A stretch of 62,612 bases of DNA, counting the filler, from Rhabdomonas costata (taxonomy: Eukaryota): the NCBI GenBank assembly GCA_019059605.1. It is 38 parts of 38 records of this genome, joined end to end, with 100 filler letters (N's around TTAATTAATTAA, not from the genome) between each part and the next. Parts side by side here need not be neighbours in the genome. Positions count along the whole stretch, not along the records: positions 46,209 to 47,758 come from JAHMHO010013269.1; positions 47,859 to 49,407 come from JAHMHO010013270.1; positions 49,508 to 51,056 come from JAHMHO010013271.1; positions 51,157 to 52,716 come from JAHMHO010013272.1; positions 52,817 to 54,365 come from JAHMHO010013273.1; positions 54,466 to 56,014 come from JAHMHO010013274.1; positions 56,115 to 57,664 come from JAHMHO010013275.1; positions 57,765 to 59,313 come from JAHMHO010013276.1; 30 more parts are not named here. One strand, 5' to 3'. The notes below the pieces were generated by a model. It ran no database searches. It was not told the origin of the DNA and worked only from the letters and a program-made list of their open reading frames with translations. The translations under genes were made by a program, and so were the position numbers. Positions 47,706-61,062 of this stretch are shown one piece after another (the first letter of the stretch is position 1; every line of letters begins with the position of its first letter).

Positions 47706-48791
47706 CTGCGTTCCAGATCACCGTTTTCAACAAAAATGTGCGAGCTCGCCACACCCCCNNNNNNNNNNNNNNNNNNNNNNNNNNNNNNNNNNNNNNNNNN
47801 NNTTAATTAATTAANNNNNNNNNNNNNNNNNNNNNNNNNNNNNNNNNNNNNNNNNNNNGTGTGGTTGGGTGTGGGGTGGTGGTTGGGGGCTGTGGGGTCG
47901 TTGAACCGTGAACACCAGGTTTGTGTCACTGATTTGCTGGGGTGTAGGAGTGCCAGAGTCTTCTTCTCCTTGTCCCTTGTTTCCTTAGATAACGGAGGTC
48001 AGCTGAACTTTAGCTCTGCCCAGACAGGCTTGGTGTTTGTTCGTGACTTGTTTTAATGTAGCCCTGCCCCCCTGTGACCGATTGATTTGGAGTGAGGTCG
48101 TTTCGATCAGCACACCGGGAAATTTGGTGGGGGGGTCCACAGGCGCCTCTGGACGGGGATCCCTTCTCCCATCAACCGCTCCGCCCGATACGCGCCGCTT
48201 TTGGATTGGGCGCGCTCGGGCCGGTTGGCGGTCCCTTCAGTTCAGGTTTCGTCCTCCCTTCGGCCAGCACCAGGCACAGTGAACCCTGTTCCCGTTCCCC
48301 GCGCCTCGGCCTCATCGCTGTCCCCCGAGGAGGGGGAGGGCAACAGGGTCACTCTGGAGGCTTTCTGGCGCCCAGACTGGGGCAGCCACAGCCCACTGGC
48401 GGAGCTGTGGAGTAGCTACCAGCTTGCTGTGCGCCTTTTCGGTGGGAGGTCGGCGTCTCAAGGCACAGCGGGGGTGGGCAGGAGTCACGGCCATTTGCCG
48501 GAGGTGGGTACACCCTGCTTTTCCTCATATCTGGGGTGGTTCATGCTAATTGGGAGCCACGGTTTTGGTCCATCTCTTCCTGTTCGCCGCACGACGGTCG
48601 ACGTCCGTCCCAAACTAGAGCGGGATTTTCAGTGTGTGACCTGAACTGGTAAATTTCCTCGGCATCGAAAAGCGATGAACTGGTGGAGGCTCTTCCATCC
48701 TTTTCGAGTTTCCTCTTCTTTTTGCACAAAAACAGAGAGAGAGAGAACCTGATTGAGCAGATCATGCTCCGTGTTGCTCACCCCTTCACAG

Positions 48792-49407
48792 GAGGGATCC
48801 CTTTGTGGACTCACCAGCTATTTCAACCCCTCGAGGCACCCCAACAAGCTGGAGCATTTCCGGAGATTCCGCACGGCAACATTGGCGCAAGGGTTGTGGT
48901 TACTCACCGTGCAGCTGGCTTTTGGAAAGTATGCTGGATGTGCCTGACCTTTTTGCGTCCCCTTATCGTTATCCTTATTCTTATCCGTCTCCTTATCGGG
49001 GGGGGGGGTCGGTTGATTTTTCACTTCCATATGGTATCATCTTGAAACTGGGCACGTCTAGACACTTCTTTGCGTTTCCGTGCTGGACTGAGCAACGGAA
49101 AGATGAGTTTGAGTTTGTGTTTCGCCTTTCTTCGCGATTTTTTTTTTGGCACTGTGGCCTCAAAGACTTTCGAGCGACGAGTTCCACAGATACTTTCGCA
49201 ATGGGTTTGTGAATTATTGCACCAAGTCATTCCTTCATTTTCGTCGGAAAGGGCGTATTTTTTCATCAACTTGAAATTCCGAGGGAGTTACAGCTGCATC
49301 GTTTGTGTTTCCAGTGGCTCCTTTGAGCTATTGCCGAATGACACCGACGCCTTAGTCTCTCTGCGGACCTCTTCGGCCAACGTTTTCTTTGCCAAGGAGA
49401 GCCTCCT
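48792..49407 (+). CDS. Uncharacterised, possibly glycosyltransferase-like protein (YFNP...VxLAFG...KExLL type); exons 48792-48928, 49315-49407
   Basis: Spliced LCGLTSYFNPSRHPNKLEHFRRFR...LLTVQLAFG|NGSFELLPNDTDALVSLRTSSANVFFAKESL; phase-2 GT-AG intron. Confidence 0.6.
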
Positions 49408-50460
49408 NNNNNNNNNNNNNNNNNNNNNNNNNNNNNNNNNNNNNNNNNNNNTTAATTAATTAANNNNNNNNNNNNNNNNNNNNNNNNNNNNNNNNNNNNN
49501 NNNNNNNGGTTTTGTGGGCGTTCCACGTGCAATTTGCGAAAAAACAAAAGTTCAGCATTTTCTGGTGGCAGAACTCACCCCCTCCAAACATAACTCAGGG
49601 TATAATATGGCCACAACCTTTTTTTTTGCGGTGCCAAAAAAGAGAATGTGCAATGGGGGTGGTGTGCGGAGTGGCAACGGTTGCCAGTGGTAACAGAAAA
49701 CTGGGCCGCAGTACATTAGACGCTCCCCCCCCCCCGTGCTAAGCGATCGCAACGCATGCCAAGGATCCAGAAATGCAGTAGCAGTAACTTGGATCTTGGG
49801 CCAAAACATTTTGGAGAAACCATCCCATGAAATCGTAGAGCGCATCGCTTCCTAACTCCCAGAAATCTTCTATGGGAATCCGAGGGCAACGTGCATCTCC
49901 CCCCGACCACCTGCAAATGCTTATATTAGAATCTCAGGGGACAGCCGCATCACTCTTATCCTTACGTACGAAGTGAGTAATGCCGCTACGCAAATGTGAA
50001 TAACGGGAGGGGGGCGGGGGCGAAAACTGGCATAAAACTAAATAGGTTAAAAAAACGGTCACGCAAAATACGCCAAAATACGCGTCCCCGAAATGATTTC
50101 GTTTGTGTAACTGGGTTACGTAAATTGTGCCCCCCTGGAGGCTTGTTTTCGTTTAGCAGCTGAAAACTAATGCTGGCTAAGGACTCAGGGATGGGACGGA
50201 GATCTTGAGATTCTGGAGACGTTCGAAATCTTGAGGTCCTTTAAAAACAATGTTAAATGCTCCCAAAGGAGAAGGACCCGCGGAAGGACAGCCCCGGGTC
50301 CTGTGCCTTGGATGAGATCAGCGCGCTTCAAGGTGACGCCAGAGAAAGATGTAGTTCATTTATAAAATTTCTCACGCAGCTAAGCAGATCCGAACTCCCC
50401 GAAGCACGGCTTACAATACGGCACTCCAAACGCACATCCCAAAAAGGAACAAGGGCATAC

Positions 50461-50649
50461 CGGTGCAGCCAGAAAGCGTGGAGGTCCCAGAGGAGTAGCT
50501 GCAACTTACGCTCACGGTGCCAGAGTAACCCGAAGCACAGCTCAGACCCGTGCAGCTCGCCGCTTTCACGTATCCCGGGCCACAGCCACTGCCACCGTAG
50601 AAGTAGCCCGAGGGCAGAGACGATGGCAGGGAGCAGCTCACCGTGGTCA
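50461..50649 (-). CDS. Exon of a Cys/Ser/Gly-rich extracellular repeat protein
   Basis: AG/GT-bounded; SCSLPS..GY..GCGPG..SCTGLSCASGYSGT.SVSC...TLSGCT six-Cys module. Confidence 0.6.
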
Positions 50650-51156
50650 CTGTGAGCAAAGAGACGGATAATTCACTGGACTTAGTTGGTAACCCATCAC
50701 AAACTTGGTTGGTTTCGTCACCCCATCCCCACCAGACCCCCGCCGTAGCAGGAAAACTTTCTGAAAGCTCGCTCGGTGGTGAACAAGGGTTATGGGAGAC
50801 CCAGTAACGCTGACCCGCCCTCTGGCGTTTCGCGCACGGGACCAAAATCTTGGAAAAACACGCATGTTATCAGGCTTCTATTTCCGCAAGCGTCGCTCAA
50901 GCGACGCCTTCCTGCCCTCCTCCTTGCGTCACCCAACCATCGCGAGGGTCATAACACCGACGCTCAAACCTATACGCACAGACACGCAGACATTGCAGAA
51001 GCACCCGGACAGGGCAAGCCATACGTGCGGTGCAGTCGGCGGAGGTACACAAACCCNNNNNNNNNNNNNNNNNNNNNNNNNNNNNNNNNNNNNNNNNNNN
51101 TTAATTAATTAANNNNNNNNNNNNNNNNNNNNNNNNNNNNNNNNNNNNNNNNNNNN

Positions 51157-51574
51157 GTTCCTGTGGCTTCTACTGACACGGTGCTTCAACGCGCTTGCTT
51201 GGTGTTGGCACGGGAAAGGGATATATGGAAAGGGAAATTAGGATCCGCAAAACAAAGGCCTGTCTAACAACGCAGAGCAAAACGAACCGCGCAGTTTGCC
51301 ATGTTTAACGAGGGGCAGCGTTCTTCTGATCTTCGTCCACCTATACGTCAGCATTGTGTGTTTATCGCACAAACATGCGCAAACACGTGCCCAGAAGACT
51401 TGCATTGCTTCCTTTTCCGCCCAGGTTCTCACCTTGAAGACTGCTGTCTTTCAGAGAACAGGTGTTTCTCCTGAAATGCAGCGGCTGCTCAGCAAAGGTC
51501 GCTTGCTGAATGACAGCTCGACGCTAGAATCAAACAAACTCGCTGACAACGAGCTTGTTATTCTCGTTCGAAGG
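51157..51574 (+). CDS. Ubiquitin-like domain protein (exons 51157-51180, 51425-51574)
   Basis: DT|VLTLKTAVFQRTGVSPEMQRLLSKGRLLNDSSTLESNKLADNELVILVRR fits the UBL consensus. Confidence 0.8.
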
Positions 51575-52443
51575 GTGTGTTTTCGTCGGTTATGCAGTTT
51601 TTGTTTCTTTTTCACGCGGTTGTTTTGCTCTGCATCCTGAAATCGTCGAGGAAAAAAGTACACCAAGACTTGGTTTTACTTGTTCTGTCAAGAAAAAACG
51701 TAAAACAAAAGGTAAAAACTTAAAATCCAGTGTTCCCCACAAACGCATAAAAACCCGTCAAAGATAAACAGTGAAAATTCGGACCTAAAATAGGGTGCAT
51801 TACGCCTCCAGAGAGGAAAGTGTGGAGGCGGGGGTGGAGGTGCTCAGGAAACTTTTTTCCGAGGTTTCTGGCCTCTCCGCCACCTTGTTGGCGAAGAGGC
51901 CAGAGCGTTTTTCACGCAAAATGTTGCAACACAGTTCCAACCTCCTGTATGTTGTATGCTGGCCCATTTGGAAACACTGCGTGGGCCGTGACTGATGGGC
52001 GCGGTAGATCTGCATCTCAATTTGTTTTTTGTTTCTGCTTGTTTTTACCGGCCTTGTTTTCACTTTGCTAACATCAGATGAATCGTCAAAGGGATCAAAA
52101 CGTCAAAAAAACAAAAACTCGCTGAAAAGATTGTTTAAAAAACTCGCATGGAAATTTTTCAAAAGAAACGTGTACGTGTACACCCTTTTTTGGTGTCTCG
52201 ATGTTCTGGGGTGCAAATATCATTCATGCAGCGAGGTCGGTCCTACTGCTTTCTCAGATTGTGCCAAATCTTCCCAGTGCAAATCGGCCAGGTTTGTTGT
52301 TGTATTTGCTGAAGCACTTGTTGCTTGAAGTTTTGGCGTCATCTCGAGAAAATCTTTGAACCAAGCAACCACCGCAGACCTCCTCGGTTGTGAGATTTTC
52401 TCTGTTGGTTTTGCACAGGAATGTCTAAAGCGGAATCTAAACA

Positions 52444-52446
<3 letters not shown>

Positions 52447-52496
<50 letters not shown>
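52447..52496. repeat. (AC)25 microsatellite
   Basis: Direct reading. Confidence 0.95.
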
Positions 52497-52498
<2 letters not shown>

Positions 52499-52861
52499 CA
52501 CGCGCCTTTCTTTTTGACCAATGCTCTCAGTTTCGGGTTCCGGCCTTACTCCAGAAGCGATGCAAAAGGTCCGCAGACAATTTTTCCAAGGTCTTTTCCT
52601 TTGCTCAACTTTCTGACCACCCAACCAGCCGGGACCCTGCGCTCATAGGCCATTCAAGACATTTTCGCGGGCCGCGCGGCTGTGCCAGCGTGGCCCACGG
52701 CTCCCCCCACACCCCCNNNNNNNNNNNNNNNNNNNNNNNNNNNNNNNNNNNNNNNNNNNNTTAATTAATTAANNNNNNNNNNNNNNNNNNNNNNNNNNNN
52801 NNNNNNNNNNNNNNNNTTGGGCGCTTTCTTGTACATGTTGGCTTGAGTTGTCTGCTGCCAG

Positions 52862-53992
52862 CGGTCCACCCGATGGTGCCATGGGTGGGGGCACCTCTCT
52901 GCTCTTCGGAACCGACCCCAGCATCGCCCTCCTCTCCGAGTTCACTGGGCTTGCCAACCGAACCAACTTCTCTGTGGAGTTCTGGGTGAACTGGTGGTCA
53001 ATTAGCAGCGGGGGGTCCCTCATTACCATCGGCACATATGACCCATATTTTCCGAACTTTGTGGTATTCGCCTTTCTCTCCTGGCGCACCCTCGACCCCT
53101 TTCTCCCTATATACAGAAGATGGAAATTTTCGTATGTGCCGACCGATACAGCATTGAATGTTGCATGGCCAATGGTGGCAGTGCCCCCCCCCATTGGCGG
53201 GCTTTGGTCCAATTCTGCATTATTGGCTGCCGGTCGCTCGATGTCAATGCTGACGTTTGGCGACATTTTTTGGGTTGATTGGCCCCGTATCTTTATTTTT
53301 AAACTCCCGGTGGGAACGAACGTGGCTCATGTGCTCGGGAATGGAAGATCTTTCCGTTGACTCTGCCTTTTTGTGCTTTCAGGGCACATTGCCCGTGATC
53401 CCAGGATTTCTGATCGAAAAGTATTTATCTAGTGGAATTGCGCAAGGAGTCCAGGTGGTTCCGGGACATGACTTCAGGAGTTTCGTGAACGTTTTTATCC
53501 CCTCTCCACAAATGGAATAACAATGGTTCGTTTCGCGCAAGCAATTCTGGTTGCACAGTACCGATATAAGGCAGGGAAAATGTGTTGTGTTACCTCACAG
53601 CGCGTGTTTGAGAGATGCGCGTGGCTGCTTACGGGTATGCCCGTCGCTCCCTACCCATCCCTACTTTATTTTTGGCAGGTGCAGATTGGTGAAGGAAGGG
53701 TGGTAGTGGGCTACGGAAATTCTGCGGACTTTCCAATCGGAGGAATGGCCGTGACTTATTTCCTCACTGATGTCAGCTGGTCTGTGGGCTGGCATCATAT
53801 TGCGGTGACGGTTGACCCCTATGAGATCAGTGCGTATCTGAATGGGGTGTGGCTGAACGGCACGGTGGGGTGGTGGTGGAGCGTGATGCCGAAGCACTTC
53901 CCCGAGAAGCCTCTGGCGATCTTCCTGGCGAAGTACATCCAATCGACGAGACCCGATGGGATCGACGTCGATCCCACCAGCAGCATGCGAGG
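52862..53992 (+). CDS. Laminin G/ConA-like domain protein; exons about 52862-53063 and 53679-53992
   Basis: NFSVEFWV and GWHHIAVTVD...ISAYLNG are LamG/pentraxin-like motifs. Confidence 0.75.
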
Positions 53993-54465
53993 GTATGCCT
54001 TTACTGGTACGGGTTCCTGACAGACTTGATGTTACCGCGCATTTGTGCCTAGGTTTTTTACGGTCACGTGTCCTTCGTCGTTCTTTGTTGGAAGCGCATA
54101 CAAAGGCTACCCTGAACCCTCCCCGGAGTAGCGATAGCTCCGGGCTCATTTGATTCCAGTTGCACACCAACTCCTCCAACGCTACTTTAGTGCCCATGTT
54201 AATGCCCATGTAGCAGATGTGTCGCCAAAGAAAACTCTATTTGAATGGAATCAACTCTCATCCTCTCATCCGAGTGCCTGACACAGCCATCATATAAAAA
54301 TCTCCCTAAATTCCCGCGCCCTCACCCGTCCGATAGAACGGAAAACGGAGTTTCAAAACCACAACNNNNNNNNNNNNNNNNNNNNNNNNNNNNNNNNNNN
54401 NNNNNNNNNTTAATTAATTAANNNNNNNNNNNNNNNNNNNNNNNNNNNNNNNNNNNNNNNNNNNN

Positions 54466-55189
54466 GTTTGTGGTGGCCGGGGCGCGGGCGGCGAAGCAGA
54501 AGCGCTACAATGCCCACCATGAGGAGGTCTTCGAGAAGAGATTCTGGACGGACCTGGACCGCCACACCAGGCTGTTCACCAAGGCCCACCGGTGTGCACG
54601 TTGCCCCACCACCACCACCACCATCACCACCGGGTTCTTGGAATTCGGAACATTGCACCCCAAGTCGTATGTACTTGCGAGGCGGTCAGGTGGAATTCTG
54701 TTCTTTTTCTCGCTGCTCTGCGGGTCCTTCCCAAAGCAATATCCATTCAACCCCCTTATCTGACCTTCAGCAAGATATGGAAAAAATGCACCATGCAAAG
54801 GTTGCATTCCATGCACCCTCCGAAAAGTAGACTAGACGTATGCATTTTTGCACTTTTTATCTTTGACCCTTCTTTTGACCCAAGCTGCATTTTTTTGTTG
54901 GAATCCCGCCTGTGACTGCCGCTGCCAATGACAAAATGGACCCGAGACTCCAGAATAGCATCTTTTTGCATTTTTTGAGTCCGTCTGTCAGCACTTGCTT
55001 CTTTTATTGAAATCTGCGATTACTGGTCATAGTTGCTGTAGTTGGCGAAGGCTTTTTGAGATAGTTCAAATGTTAGGCTACCTCCACGGCTGATGTGCGC
55101 TTTTTCTCAGGGACGTAATTGCTGTAATTGACGAGGGGGTGGTGCAGAAAGACGATGAGCTACAGAAGAAGGTCGAATTCTTCTCCACG
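54466..55189 (+). CDS. Hypothetical protein, exons 54466-54591 and 55111-55189
   Basis: Phase-2 GT-AG join: ...EKRFWTDLDRHTRLFTKAHR|DVIAVIDEGVVQKDDELQKKVEFFST. Confidence 0.5.
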
Positions 55190-56585
55190 GTACGCTGTAG
55201 AGCAATTAGGCAACCCTTGCCTTTTTCTTTATGTAAAGCAGGCACCGTTCATTCACCACCCACTCCGTTTGTATTTGTGGAGCATATGCGGCTTCATACT
55301 TTGCCCATTCCTTTGTATTTGATCGCGTCAGATCTGTGTTGGTGGTGGGAAGACGGGCCCGCCCCAGCTGCGCGTCTGTAACCAGATGGCCGGGGCAAAG
55401 GACCCCTTTACCCCTTTACCCCTTTGCCATCCCGCACTCGACACTCGGAATCGTTGACAGCCATCACAGGGGTCCCATTCTTCTTCTTCTTCTTCGTTGT
55501 TTGTTTCCTTCACGTTCCCAATCCAATTTCTGCATTCTCCCGTTGTCTGCTTTATCATTGCTTTTCTAACCTTCACCACCCTGAGAATCCTCAAAGTTGT
55601 CCTCAAGGTTGTCTCATCGTAAGAACGTCAACGGGGGGCTTGCTCTACCCTTTTGTATTCCGCCACTTCTTTTAAGCGGGGGCTTCTTTTTTCTTTTTTT
55701 TCAAGCTCGCTTGAAAATGTTAATCACTGCGAGCACAAACAAGCAAGGGGGCAACCCGCCCAAGGCGGTCACTTTCTCCTCTTGCTCGACTCCCCTGTCC
55801 CCCGGCAAGAAGAGAGACAGAGAGAGAGAGAGAGTGTGTGTGTGTGTGTGTGTGCCCGAAACGAAACGAAACGAGGTATTAGTATACACGGAAAACGGGA
55901 AAATGTCTGTGTGTGTGGCCGTCTGTCTATGTTTTTTGTGCGAAGTCTAGGTTGTAGCACTCTTTTCCCTTTTCCGTCGACGAATTTCCAGCGAATTTTT
56001 TCAAACCCCCCACCNNNNNNNNNNNNNNNNNNNNNNNNNNNNNNNNNNNNNNNNNNNNTTAATTAATTAANNNNNNNNNNNNNNNNNNNNNNNNNNNNNN
56101 NNNNNNNNNNNNNNTTTTTCAGTATCCGAAATCCAAAATTCAATTCAATTCAATTCATATTTCGGATACTGAAAAAAGAAGTCCCGGCAACAGCGCAGAG
56201 TGTTCAGGGTCCGCGAAAAAGGCAGTGCAATAATTTACACTGGTGGGCAAAGATTTTATTTAATGTTGAGTAATGTAATTCATTTAAGAGGCAGGAGGAC
56301 CCGTGCGCTCACCTTTCCATTTTTAGAGGCGCGTGCTTGCACACTCGGCAAGGTTCAAGTGAATGCTTGGTCCACAAAAATGACAGGGGACAACAGAAAT
56401 AAAGACACCATTGTAAGTCGAGCAGGTGGCGCACTCAAGGCTAGCATAAGCGATTTAAATATGGACGATCTGTAGATACTCTGAATTACCTGACCTCCGA
56501 ACTGTCCCCGCTTCTGGCATACTTCATACACGCACACCTCCGCTGCCCCCACTTCTCTTCCAGATGTGCTCTTTGGCATGAACAG

Positions 56586-57347
56586 GTGGGTGCCCTGCAC
56601 CGCGAGATTGTGATCGACGAGATCACCGCAGCGATCCGCAGCGTGTGGAAGCAGGTCAGCGACAAGGTGCCCATCCGCCAGTGCGAGGGCGGCACGGTGT
56701 ATGAGGACATTGCCCTGCAGAACATCCAGGCCAGGTTGCTCTCCCTCGGGCTCCCTTTGCGCTTGGTTGCAATTTCGGCAAGAGACCTGCATAGCAAAGT
56801 TTAACGTCGGTCTTCATTGTTGGGACAGGCCGTGTCAATCCCATTGTGCTACCTTATGTCTGGTCTTGCCTTGGTGGTGTTTTCCTTTGACCTTTTGAGG
56901 TCCAAGTAGATCGGTTATTATATTTTGCTCCACTTGGCGTACTCGGATTGGAAAAAAATTATCCTCACTTTATCCTCACCAGCCATCATTCTTTCTTATC
57001 GGTCCCCTTACTTCCTTTGTGGGAGCTGATTGATATGTCGTTCTCACTTCGCCTGCTGTTTTTTTGCGCAACCGTGAACATGATAATTCATCGCATAGAA
57101 GTCACCCTTTGTTCTGCCGTTTGTTATTCTACTTTCATTAGAAACACTGTTTCACCCTCTCTTTCTGCTTGATTCTCTTGTTTTCTCTCTCTCTCTCTCT
57201 CTCTCTCTTTCTTCTTTCCGTCAGGTCTCGGATGATCATGGCGTACTTCATGGCTCAGCTGATTCCCTGGTCCGTGGGCAGCGCCGGAACGATGCTCGTG
57301 CTGGGAACTTCCAACGTCGACGAGGCACTGCGGGGTTACCTGACTAA
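56586..57347 (+). CDS. NADSYN1: Glutamine-dependent NAD(+) synthetase; exons 56586-56734, 57225-57347
   Basis: EDIALQNIQAR|SRMIMAYFMAQL..W...LVLGTSNVDEALRGYLTK matches eukaryotic NADSYN1/Qns1. Confidence 0.95.
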
Positions 57348-58601
57348 GTACCGCAGCGCCTCTCAGCCTTTTGTCGCTCTCTTAATCTCCGCACTCACAC
57401 AGTAAAAACATCCACACAACGCAAGCCAGCCTTTTTCCCAAACGTTTTCTCCTCGATTTTGTGACAGCCCTGTTTCTGGTTTTGTTTAACTGAGGCACGT
57501 GCGTGTCCTGTACCAAGCCTGGTCGGCCCACAATGCACTTGACGAAACTCAAAATAAGACGGATCCTGGAAAGGCAGATATAATTCTGCATCTTCGTCCC
57601 CTTCCACCTCGTGGGTCAGTGTTTTGACAAAAGCTGCGCACATACCGCAGACTTATCTCAACATNNNNNNNNNNNNNNNNNNNNNNNNNNNNNNNNNNNN
57701 NNNNNNNNTTAATTAATTAANNNNNNNNNNNNNNNNNNNNNNNNNNNNNNNNNNNNNNNNNNNNGTTATTGTTAATTTAACTGTGACTTTTTGCATGTAC
57801 AGTATACAGTATTTATGATATTTGTAATGCATACTGAATTTTGGGTATTTTTGCTAGTTTACGTACAAAGGTTTCCAAAAAGGAAAACTTGAAAGATTAT
57901 TAAACATAATTAGTTAGGTAACTGAACCAAACGATGAATTCAGACAGAGCAGTGTTCTTTGCAAGCGAGTGACCTAGGAAGCAAAGAGAGCATCTCCAGT
58001 GGGAAGCAATCGGGAGTTGAAAGGAAACTGAACCAACACCCTTGAAATGATTGCATGATTGATTGTGCGGGGGGGGGGGAGTAGATAAAGTGTGCCAGTG
58101 TTCCCCAGGTGCGTATTCTTGGGCACGTCAAAACAGATGCAGGCTTAGGATCGACTTGTCGGGGTTCGGGGTTTGGGCAGGCGAATGGGATGACATTGGT
58201 TCAGGGCCAGAAGGCCAGCATGGAGGCCAGAGTGGGTGGCAGCGGCAGAAACGTGGCCTGGATCAACTTTTGATGACTTTTTACTGCATTGTCCAATGGG
58301 GAAACTGCTGGTGGTAACGGTTATCATTGGTTCGTTCGAGCACAGCAAGGCAAGGCGGAATGCAGGAAATTTACCGGCCAAGGACCCTCGGGTGCAAACA
58401 AAACGAAAGGGAAGGCCCCGAAGGGATACTCGCAAAGCATTCCTGATGGATTCTTTCTGGGCAACCCCACTCAATCCAACAAACTCTGGCCTCGCTCGTG
58501 TGTATGTGAGCTGAAGGTTGCGACGTTACAGCGAATAAGAAAGACAACAGACAACGAAACGGATACGCAGGAGGAGAAAAAACGAAGGGTGTGGGTGTCA
58601 C

Positions 58602-58750
58602 CTTATCGCAGGGATCTCTTCGACTTCCCAGGTGCTGTGCAGCTGCACCAGCCGCCCCTGCATCTCCAGCGCCGCCCCTACCGCAGCCCGCTCATGGTCC
58701 TTCAGGTGTCGGGGGGCATTCCACAACGCCATAATGCAATCCCCGATGAA
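58602..58750 (-). CDS. Class III adenylate/guanylate cyclase catalytic-domain exon
   Basis: FIGDCIMALWNAPRHLKDHERAAVGAALEMQGRLVQLHSTW; AG/GT-bounded; not in the ORF track. Confidence 0.9.
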
Positions 58751-59934
58751 CTGCGTGGGACAACCGGTCAAAAAGTAAGCGTCGCTTGCATTCGGTGAGG
58801 CGAAAAAAGGGCCAGTTTACAAGCGAGGTTTGCAAGGACCGAGATCCGGCACAAACCAGGAAATGTTTCCCCGCAACGAATGACAAGGCTCCGACCCCAA
58901 AACAGACCCAGGGGCCCCATGTTGGCCTCATTCACCGTTCACTCAATGCGTCCATAATGGTTCCCCGGACACTGCCATGGTACCTTGCAAGTCAGAAACA
59001 AAGAAACCATTATAAATCGCTCTTTCGCCTCACAAGAAAATAATTGAAAATCGACCAATATAGCGCTGTGCACTGCAAATCAAGATTTTGCAAAGCTGTT
59101 TATTCTTCCGAACAGCTGCAATCATGCTTCCACAAAAAACCGTCATGATCAGGTCAACTAGATCTTTTTTATCGGGGGGGGGGGGCAGCCATCATTCGTA
59201 TAACGACGCTTTAAACGAAACGTTAAAAAATTGGCAACGGAATAAAAGTGAAGAGCATACAACTGCGGTTAGCTGGAAGGTATATAGGAGATTATGCAGT
59301 GGTAAAAAAAACANNNNNNNNNNNNNNNNNNNNNNNNNNNNNNNNNNNNNNNNNNNNTTAATTAATTAANNNNNNNNNNNNNNNNNNNNNNNNNNNNNNN
59401 NNNNNNNNNNNNNGTGGTGGGTGTGTTTGGGCCGGCTGTGCGAGCACGTTTTTGGGGTATCTGCTGTTTCCGAGATATATTTGGTTATAGGAGTAAGTCA
59501 TATTTAAAGCGTCAGTCGCGGGCGTTGCGTGTGACTGTGTTTACCCATGTGTGTTTAACGGGCGAGAGCAGAGTTGTTGGAGCTCTAGAGAGCGGTGAAA
59601 CGCTCCACTCGTTTCTCAGGAACCTGCACAGGGGTGATCCGCACCACGAGAAGCCGCTAGGAAGAGGGAGAAACGAGAAACTTCACATTCCCGCTGGAGA
59701 CAAAAAGATTGTCCCCAACAACGCCTCGTGCACGCTGTGTGTATGTGTGTGTGTTTGTGCGTGTTAGAGGACAACGACAAACGCCGAGAGTAAATAGTAG
59801 TTGATGTCGGTGGTGTCGGTTTTGGAGTTTTCCGATCACCCATGGTGGAGATTATTAAGAAAAATGGGGCCAGTGTTTGTGGTAAACGGGTCGTTCTGTC
59901 ATTCTGTCATTCGCCCCCCCCCCCCTGGCAACAG

Positions 59935-60088
59935 GCCTCTGAGTTCACGCAGCACCAGTGGGCGGATAACGCCCTGGCCTGCTACCTTTTCAGCCTGGCC
60001 GGTCGGGGCACCTCGGGGCTGCATTACGTCAGCCCTACCAAAGTGGTCCCGAGGGTGCTCCACCTGCTCTCCAGAGACAGCCCTGATG
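59935..60088 (+). CDS. Exon of a hypothetical protein
   Basis: AG/GT-bounded GC-rich frame ASEFTQHQWADNALACYLFSLAGRGTSGLHYVSPTKVVPRVLHLLSRDSPD. Confidence 0.4.
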
Positions 60089-61062
60089 GTGTGATGGCGC
60101 TGGTGACGTCGGATGGCATAGGAACGGAAGCGGGATTTCGGCCCATTCCACATACGGGCCAGTGTGTTACAAGTTGTTTTCACGCAGTTCATTCTGTTGT
60201 CACGGTTGCCGCAAGTCCGGGTTTGGTTAGCCTTCGGAATGTCATCAGCATTTCGCTGGGCATTAAAATGTTGGGTTGTTGTCATTATCGATGCACATTG
60301 GTTGGCATGTCATCAACAGTCAGGGGTCTGATAGGAGGGGGGTCTAACCGAAAACATGGCGACATGTTTTTCATCTTTGTCCGAATCATCACTCACTTAG
60401 GTCACTTCGGTGGACTGACATATGATCACTGTTATGTATGCAAGCTGGACTTGACCAGAAAGGCCAGACAGCAATCTTGACCATACAGAGTGTCAGCTCA
60501 TATCAAGTAACAGGCGGTATTTCCGCGCCCCGGTTCCACCGTGCACCCTCTTTTGTTATTATTTTTTTCACTCAAACAGGAACGAAATCACACAATAATG
60601 TTCTTTAAACGGGGGCTTCTTTTATTTTAGGTGCTCAGTTGTAGAGAGCAATAAAAATGCTCATATTTTTCTTCATTTCCGATTAGCCTCTTAGTGCAAC
60701 CAAAGATATTAGGAGCTTTCGTCTCATCCGCATTCCTTCCACCCCCGCCCCTCCCAATAAACAAGCGAATGAATATCTCCTGTTTCGTCTGATGGCAATC
60801 TTTCATTTGCGCCCAACCTGTTTCTGCATAGGGGTAGTTTGGCGCACGTTGGTAGGTGGTTGGTATGATCACGCTGGTTTATGTGTCTACGACCTCGCTC
60901 GCTCTCACGGGTGCATTTATTCTCACCCGTGTACGTGCGCGTAATCACAATAAAGTGATGTGNNNNNNNNNNNNNNNNNNNNNNNNNNNNNNNNNNNNNN
61001 NNNNNNTTAATTAATTAANNNNNNNNNNNNNNNNNNNNNNNNNNNNNNNNNNNNNNNNNNNN

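Noticed and set aside
56115-56176. 18-bp hairpin around (AATTC)n, terminator-like
   Set aside because: Starts at the first base of the contig; same fold-back pattern; eukaryotic context.
58602-58750. Photoactivated adenylyl cyclase (PAC)
   Set aside because: Only a generic class III cyclase exon (WNAP type) is visible; no BLUF domain evidence.
1596-61018. Regularly spaced identical TTAATTAATTAA with unique intervening sequence (array-like)
   Set aside because: N-padded artificial six-frame-stop linker; not CRISPR or any biological repeat. Gene neighbourhoods across linkers are meaningless.
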